Below are positions 46,412 through 50,911 of a DNA stretch of 50,911 bases, piece by piece. The first letter of the stretch is position 1. Each line of letters opens with the position of its first letter. The notes under the pieces were generated by a model. The model saw only the letters and a program-made list of their open reading frames with translations. It had not been told where the DNA came from and searched no databases. Both the position numbers and the translations under genes were made by a program. The stretch is taken from assembly GCA_020632265.1 (NCBI GenBank), contig JACKFW010000001.1:284981-335891 (forward strand). The letters are read 5' to 3'. This DNA comes from Pseudomonadales bacterium (GTDB taxonomy: Bacteria; Patescibacteriota; Microgenomatia; UBA1400; PJMF01).

Positions 46412-47056
46412 CTAAAATTGAACATTCACTGATCTCTGAACTAGATTGGTTTTTCCTCTTCTATCCTCAGTTTGAACAGTAATTATTGCAATTCCTTCAT
46501 TTGGAATTAAAATTTCAGTTTTAAAATTTCCCGAAGTTTGCAATGATACCGGTTGTTCATTAATTGTAAGCATTGCATCTGGAGTTGTTTTACCTTCCAC
46601 AATCACCTTTGAAGATACTATATCTTGTTCTTTTGGTGAGGATACCTCAAGCAACGGTGGTTTATTTAAGTTATGCCACTGAAAACCAATATAGCCAAGT
46701 AAACTTGAAAAAATACTGATTAAAATGACCACAACTAAAGTAATATTATTATTTGAAGACCTTTGCTTCATTACGGGCTTGATAAATTCTCTTGGTACCA
46801 ATCTTCCCTTTGCGCTTTCTTTATAATCACGCCTTAACATTGCAATCAAGGGAGCGTGATCAAATCCAAAAATATTTGCATAGGTTTTTATATAACCCTT
46901 AACAAAAGTTGTTGACGGTAATTCAACAAAATTGTTTTCCTCAAGTGCAATTAGATAGTTTACTCTAATTCTTGTTTTTTTGGAAAGATCTTCAATTCTA
47001 AGGCGATGACTGACCCTTTCTTCTTTTAGAGCTTCACCGATTGTCTTAGTTCGCAT
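46412..47056 (-). CDS. RodZ-like protein: HTH (HTH_25), TM, Ig-like beta domain
   Basis: TIGEALKEER..LSKKTRIRVNYLIALEENNFVELPSTTFVKGYIKTYANIFG, then a TM, then PPLLEVSSP..VIVEGKT..LTIN..GNFK..ITV. Confidence 0.85.
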   Translation of the reverse strand: MRTKTIGEALKEERVSHRLRIEDLSKKTRIRVNYLIALEENNFVELPSTTFVKGYIKTYANIFGFDHAPLIAMLRRDYKESAKGRLVPREFIKPVMKQRSSNNNITLVVVILISIFSSLLGYIGFQWHNLNKPPLLEVSSPKEQDIVSSKVIVEGKTTPDAMLTINEQPVSLQTSGNFKTEILIPNEGIAIITVQTEDRRGKTNLVQRSVNVQF

Positions 47057-47071
47057 AGATTATTTTTTATA

Positions 47072-47503
47072 TTATTGCAACTTATTTCTAATCATGGCAG
47101 AAATTCGACTACCGTCTGCTTTTCCTGCAACAGCTTTTACTGATTCGCCAATCAATTTTCCCATATTCTTTTCTTCAGATTGTGAAATTACTTTAGAAAC
47201 AATTTCTTCTAATTCAGCATCAGTTAATTGCTTTGGTAAATAAGAATCCATAATCATAATTTTTTCTTCTTCTTGAACAACCAAATCATCTCTTCCAGCT
47301 TCTTTGAATTCTAAAATAGCATCTCTCATCTTTTTTGCTTGAGAAGAAATTATTTTAATAACTCCTTCATCATTCTGTTCTCCGTTATCAATTTCAAAAT
47401 TTTTGATTTCAGAACGCAAATATCTCACTACTCCTAACTTAACAGCATCTCTGGCCTTCATTGCAGATTTCATATCTTCGATAAGTTGATCTTTTAAGTT
47501 CAT
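47072..47503 (-). CDS. GatB/YqeY domain protein
   Basis: LKDQLIEDMKSAMKARD, FKEAGRDDL, YLPKQLTDAEL, MGKLIG, GKADGSRIS. Confidence 0.93.
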   Translation of the reverse strand: MNLKDQLIEDMKSAMKARDAVKLGVVRYLRSEIKNFEIDNGEQNDEGVIKIISSQAKKMRDAILEFKEAGRDDLVVQEEEKIMIMDSYLPKQLTDAELEEIVSKVISQSEEKNMGKLIGESVKAVAGKADGSRISAMIRNKLQ

Positions 47504-47606
47504 ATTTCTCCTAAATTATTTTCTATAAAAAAATTATACACATAGTATTTTTGTACGAATCTGTAATATTCCAGCTAATTGTAACATAGGCTCATACATA
47601 AAATAA

Positions 47607-47635
47607 TTTAGGCAGTCGACTAGCAACTGCCTAAA
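47607..47635 (-). terminator. Intrinsic terminator after the DsbA-like gene
   Basis: Inverted repeat TTTAGGCAGT..ACTGCCTAAA (10 bp, extendable by G-U and G-C pairs on the minus strand), followed by TTATTTT. Confidence 0.75.
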
Positions 47636-47658
47636 TATAAATTACTTAACTAGAAAAA

Positions 47659-48456
47659 TTAATTGAATAACAAATCAGAATATTCCCAAAATGCATCATT
47701 TCCTTCAAGTTCAGCTACACATTCAGCTGCTTCAGCTGCTTTTTGTGCACTTGCATGAAAAGATAATGGATAATTTCTGTAAACCCAAGCAACGTCGGTT
47801 TTATATTCTTCTAAAATTTGAAGCATCGTTGGATGAAAAGTTTGGCAAAAAGGACATTCATAATCAGAATATTCCACTAATACAATTTTTGCAGTTTCTG
47901 AACCCTTATAATGATCTTGAGAAGTTACTGCTGGCGTATTAGCAACTTCAGCCTTTTTGACGGGATCTATGGCTCCACCATTAACATATACATCTATCAT
48001 GGCTTTGACTTGAGCATATGGTAAAGCTCCTGGAATCAACTCTGCTGGCTCACCATTTACAATAATGATAGTACCTGGAGTTCCCGTTACACCTGCTGTT
48101 TGACCGCCATTAAAATCATTTGTAATTTTTTCTACCATTTCTCCACTATCTATACATTTTTGTAACTCAGATTCATTGGCACCAACTTGAACCCCTTTAG
48201 CAACTAATGCTGGAATTGATAAATCTCGTGCTCCTGGAACTGGTGCTGTATCTCCTGGCACAACTGCGGTTGGAGCTGCAGGTTTGCTACCAGAACCTGT
48301 CTTTAACATTTTATTTTCAGTCCAAAGTGATCCGAAAAAGAATCCTCCTAAGAAAAATGACAAAATGATAACTATTAATACAAAGTTTTCAGAAACGAAG
48401 CTTAACAAATTGCCAAGAGAAAACAAGCCGTTTCCTTCAGAATTACTTTTTGACAT
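47659..48456 (-). CDS. Membrane-anchored DsbA/Thioredoxin_4-family oxidoreductase, circularly permuted
   Basis: Contains DHYKG..AKIVLVEYSDYECPFC..WVYRNYPL..HASAQKAAEAAEC and KCIDSG..GVTGTPGT..IPGALPY..KAMID, in the reverse of the canonical order. Confidence 0.85.
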   Translation of the reverse strand: MSKSNSEGNGLFSLGNLLSFVSENFVLIVIILSFFLGGFFFGSLWTENKMLKTGSGSKPAAPTAVVPGDTAPVPGARDLSIPALVAKGVQVGANESELQKCIDSGEMVEKITNDFNGGQTAGVTGTPGTIIIVNGEPAELIPGALPYAQVKAMIDVYVNGGAIDPVKKAEVANTPAVTSQDHYKGSETAKIVLVEYSDYECPFCQTFHPTMLQILEEYKTDVAWVYRNYPLSFHASAQKAAEAAECVAELEGNDAFWEYSDLLFN

Positions 48457-48616
48457 CAGTATTACCTTTCAATTGGTATAATAAATAAATAATAAAATAA
48501 ATTACAACTCAAATACTTTAACATCTTCATATAAATAATCAAAAAAAACAAGTACTATTTGTTGTAGTATTTATATTTAAGATTAACTTAAAAATAATTA
48601 TTAATCACATTATCAC

Positions 48617-49474
48617 ATGAACAATAAAAATATAAGGGTATTAAGCCCATACGAAAAAAATCAATTGCTCTTTCATGGGATAGATCAAGAAGTATTGTTA
48701 AATACTGCTGCTCCAGTTGAATATGTTACCGGTCACGTAAATTTTTGCAATTCTGATTTTTTAGTAAATAAGAAAGTATTAATACCCAGAATTGAAACTG
48801 AAGAACTTGTTTCCCTTGCAGTAGATGAAGCTGAAAAAATATTTAAAGCAAATGGAAACAAAAAAATTAAAATTGTAGATGTTGGAAGTGGCAGTGGCGC
48901 CATAGCAATCTCGGTTGCAAAATACTTAATAAATCGTAATATTAGTTTTGAGCTCACTGGTTTGGAAATCTCCAGAGAAGCAATTTCATTAGCAAAAAAA
49001 AATCTCTCAATTATAAATCCAAAACTCCCTGTTTCCTTTGTAAAATCAAATCTTCTTGAAGCAATCAATGTTAAAGTTAAGTCAAATAGACAGGGTGAAA
49101 TCGGTCGCAAAGCTACAATTAATCAACAAGATATAATCAATCGACAAAGTGCAACAAATTCTCAAAGTAAAATTGATCTAATCATCGCGAACTTACCCTA
49201 TATTCCTTCTGATAGAATCCAAAAATTGGATGCATCCGTAAAAAATTTTGAACCCCTATTAGCTTTAGATGGTGGCAAAGATGGTTTGGAGTTAATTAGA
49301 AAATTGCTATCACAAGCTAAACCATTGTTAAAAATGAAGGGAGTAATGCTTTTAGAATTAGATATAACTCATGATTTTAATACCATGCAACAATTCAGTA
49401 ACGATTGGAAAATCAAAATAAATGAATCTCTATTTTCAGGCGTTAATTTTGGAATTATTTATTTTCTGAAATAA
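48617..49474 (+). CDS. prmC: Release factor glutamine methyltransferase (HemK/PrmC)
   Basis: PVEYVTG, VLIPRIETEELV, SAM motif VDVGSGSGAIA, IIANLPYIP (NPPY variant), EPLLALDGGKDGL. Confidence 0.9.
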   Translation: MNNKNIRVLSPYEKNQLLFHGIDQEVLLNTAAPVEYVTGHVNFCNSDFLVNKKVLIPRIETEELVSLAVDEAEKIFKANGNKKIKIVDVGSGSGAIAISVAKYLINRNISFELTGLEISREAISLAKKNLSIINPKLPVSFVKSNLLEAINVKVKSNRQGEIGRKATINQQDIINRQSATNSQSKIDLIIANLPYIPSDRIQKLDASVKNFEPLLALDGGKDGLELIRKLLSQAKPLLKMKGVMLLELDITHDFNTMQQFSNDWKIKINESLFSGVNFGIIYFLK

Positions 49475-49524
49475 GCCAAGACTTTATGCGAATTTTTTTA
49501 TAAGTATGCTAGGATTAATTTATT

Positions 49525-50454
49525 ATGAATACAAAAGTACCTACCACAGTTTTTTCAGGATTCCTTGGATCGGGAAAAACTACAATTATTTCAAATCTTA
49601 TTGATGATCTTCAATCACAAAACCAACAAGTAGTTTATATCAAAAATGAAATTGGTAGTGCTGATGTCGATACTAAAATATTAAAAGGCAGAGGAATTGA
49701 AACAAAAGAATTGTTAAATGGATGCATTTGCTGTACTTTAGTTGGTCCTTTTGCTAATGCAGTAAATGAATTAATTGAAGATTTCAATCCAGATAGAATT
49801 ATCATTGAAGCTTCGGGTGCAGCTGACCCTTCTGCTCTAGCTTTAATGATTTCTTCTCATCCAAAACTTGAGCGTGACGGCATCATTGGAATAATTGATG
49901 TTGTAAATTTTCAAGGTTATAAAGATTTGAGTATCACTGCTCAAAATCAAACTAAATTCACCGATCTACTTGTCTTTAACAAAGTTGAACTTGCTGACGA
50001 TGATCAAAAACGCGCAGTTGTAGGCTATGTTAGGGAACTCAACACGCATTCTCCAATTATTGAGGCTCATAATGGTAAAATTTCTAGCGAATTAATCTTT
50101 GGATTAAGCCAGACTGAACTCAATTCCATATTAGAAAAAACCACTATCATTAAATCGGACCATATAAACAAAGATGAGATTCAAACTTTTAATCTGAAAC
50201 CAGCTGGTAAATTTGATCAGAAAACGCTTGAAAAAACTTTAAGTGAATGCCCAAAAAACATTTTTAGAATTAAGGGCTTTGTAAAACTTAATAATGATAT
50301 TTATTATTTATTTAACACAGTTGGAAAAAGAACCGACTTTAAATTAATTGAAGATGCAAATATTAGTGAAAACCTATTTATTTTTATTGGCTTTCTTGCA
50401 CATGAACATGAAGCAGAAATTAAAGTTGCACTAGAAAAGATTGCTATATTTTAA
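49525..50454 (+). CDS. COG0523/CobW-family G3E GTPase (putative metallochaperone)
   Basis: SGFLGSGKTT, NEIG..VD, metal motif GCICCT, IIIEASG, NKVEL, and C-terminal CobW_C-like IFRIKGFV. Confidence 0.92.
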   Translation: MNTKVPTTVFSGFLGSGKTTIISNLIDDLQSQNQQVVYIKNEIGSADVDTKILKGRGIETKELLNGCICCTLVGPFANAVNELIEDFNPDRIIIEASGAADPSALALMISSHPKLERDGIIGIIDVVNFQGYKDLSITAQNQTKFTDLLVFNKVELADDDQKRAVVGYVRELNTHSPIIEAHNGKISSELIFGLSQTELNSILEKTTIIKSDHINKDEIQTFNLKPAGKFDQKTLEKTLSECPKNIFRIKGFVKLNNDIYYLFNTVGKRTDFKLIEDANISENLFIFIGFLAHEHEAEIKVALEKIAIF

Positions 50455-50478
50455 ATAAAAATTGCTCAAAAAAGTATC

Positions 50479-50910
50479 TTAAATTTTAGGGAAAATAAAC
50501 TTCTTAATTTTCTCTATCTCTCCTTCAATCTGCATTGCTTTTAAAAATTTTAATGAAATTTCTGTGTCTCGAAAATTGTCTTGTTTGACAACTTCAAGAA
50601 ACTCGTCCCAATTAACATATTTTAATTCAATTTTTTCGCCTGAATCTAAATTTTGTTTTGCAACTACTTGACAATCGCGAGCAATAAAAATATATATTGG
50701 CCATTCAATTTTTGTCACTGGTTGAATAGAATACCAGAAATCAATTCGATTAGCTCTTAAGCCGGCTTCCTCAAGCAATTCCCTCTCGGCTGAGTCTTTA
50801 ACATCCTCACCATCATCTGTTACGCCCCCAATTAAACTAATAAAAGGATCCATAGATGGCTGAGACTGGATTGTTAACACAATTTTATTATCAGCAGTAA
50901 CTGGAAATAC
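50479..50910 (-). CDS. Nudix hydrolase (ADP-ribose pyrophosphatase-like), 5'-partial
   Basis: Nudix box GGVTDDGEDVKDSAERELLEEAGL; the frame stays open to the window edge (VFPVTADNKIVLTIQ). Confidence 0.9.
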   Translation of the reverse strand, partial: VFPVTADNKIVLTIQSQPSMDPFISLIGGVTDDGEDVKDSAERELLEEAGLRANRIDFWYSIQPVTKIEWPIYIFIARDCQVVAKQNLDSGEKIELKYVNWDEFLEVVKQDNFRDTEISLKFLKAMQIEGEIEKIKKFIFPKI

Positions 50911-50911
50911 A

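Noticed and set aside
1-50911. tRNA, rRNA, tmRNA or IS elements
   Set aside because: No cloverleaf/T-loop signatures, rRNA-like tracts, transposase motifs or terminal inverted repeats were recognised by eye; a covariance-model scan would be needed to exclude them formally.

Overview
AT-rich bacterial chromosome segment in genetic code 11. It is very probably a Patescibacteria/CPR genome of the Microgenomates group; this is inferred from the absence of rpmD (L30) between rpsE and rplO, Lys-rich ribosomal-protein extensions, a stand-alone baseplate-J-like membrane protein plus sortase, a short AlaRS and an acidic RpoB tail. The centre (8465-37806, minus strand) is one run of rpoB-rpoC-rpsL-rpsG-fusA-tuf, the S10, spc and alpha clusters, and rplM-rpsI, interrupted only by a 78-aa orphan between adk and map. 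The left flank holds a lamin-tail-domain protein (partial), a VanZ-family protein, HU, a GC-richer 611-aa orphan with polymorphic-toxin-like motifs and an internal lipobox, a ~700-bp gene-free stretch with a 24-bp tandem repeat, and an ABC-2 cluster with four permeases around one ATPase. The right flank holds alaS, a baseplate-J-like protein, a sortase, an 11/13-nt repeat array, ruvX/yqgF and mltG, then YtxH/DUF948/RodZ-like/YqeY genes, a DsbA-family gene, prmC, a COG0523 GTPase and a partial Nudix hydrolase. The most striking observation is that the DsbA-family protein appears to be a natural circular permutant: the cis-Pro half precedes the CXXC half. I recognised no tRNA, rRNA, CRISPR array, transposase or integrase. 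All family assignments are from motif recognition by eye, with no database search.
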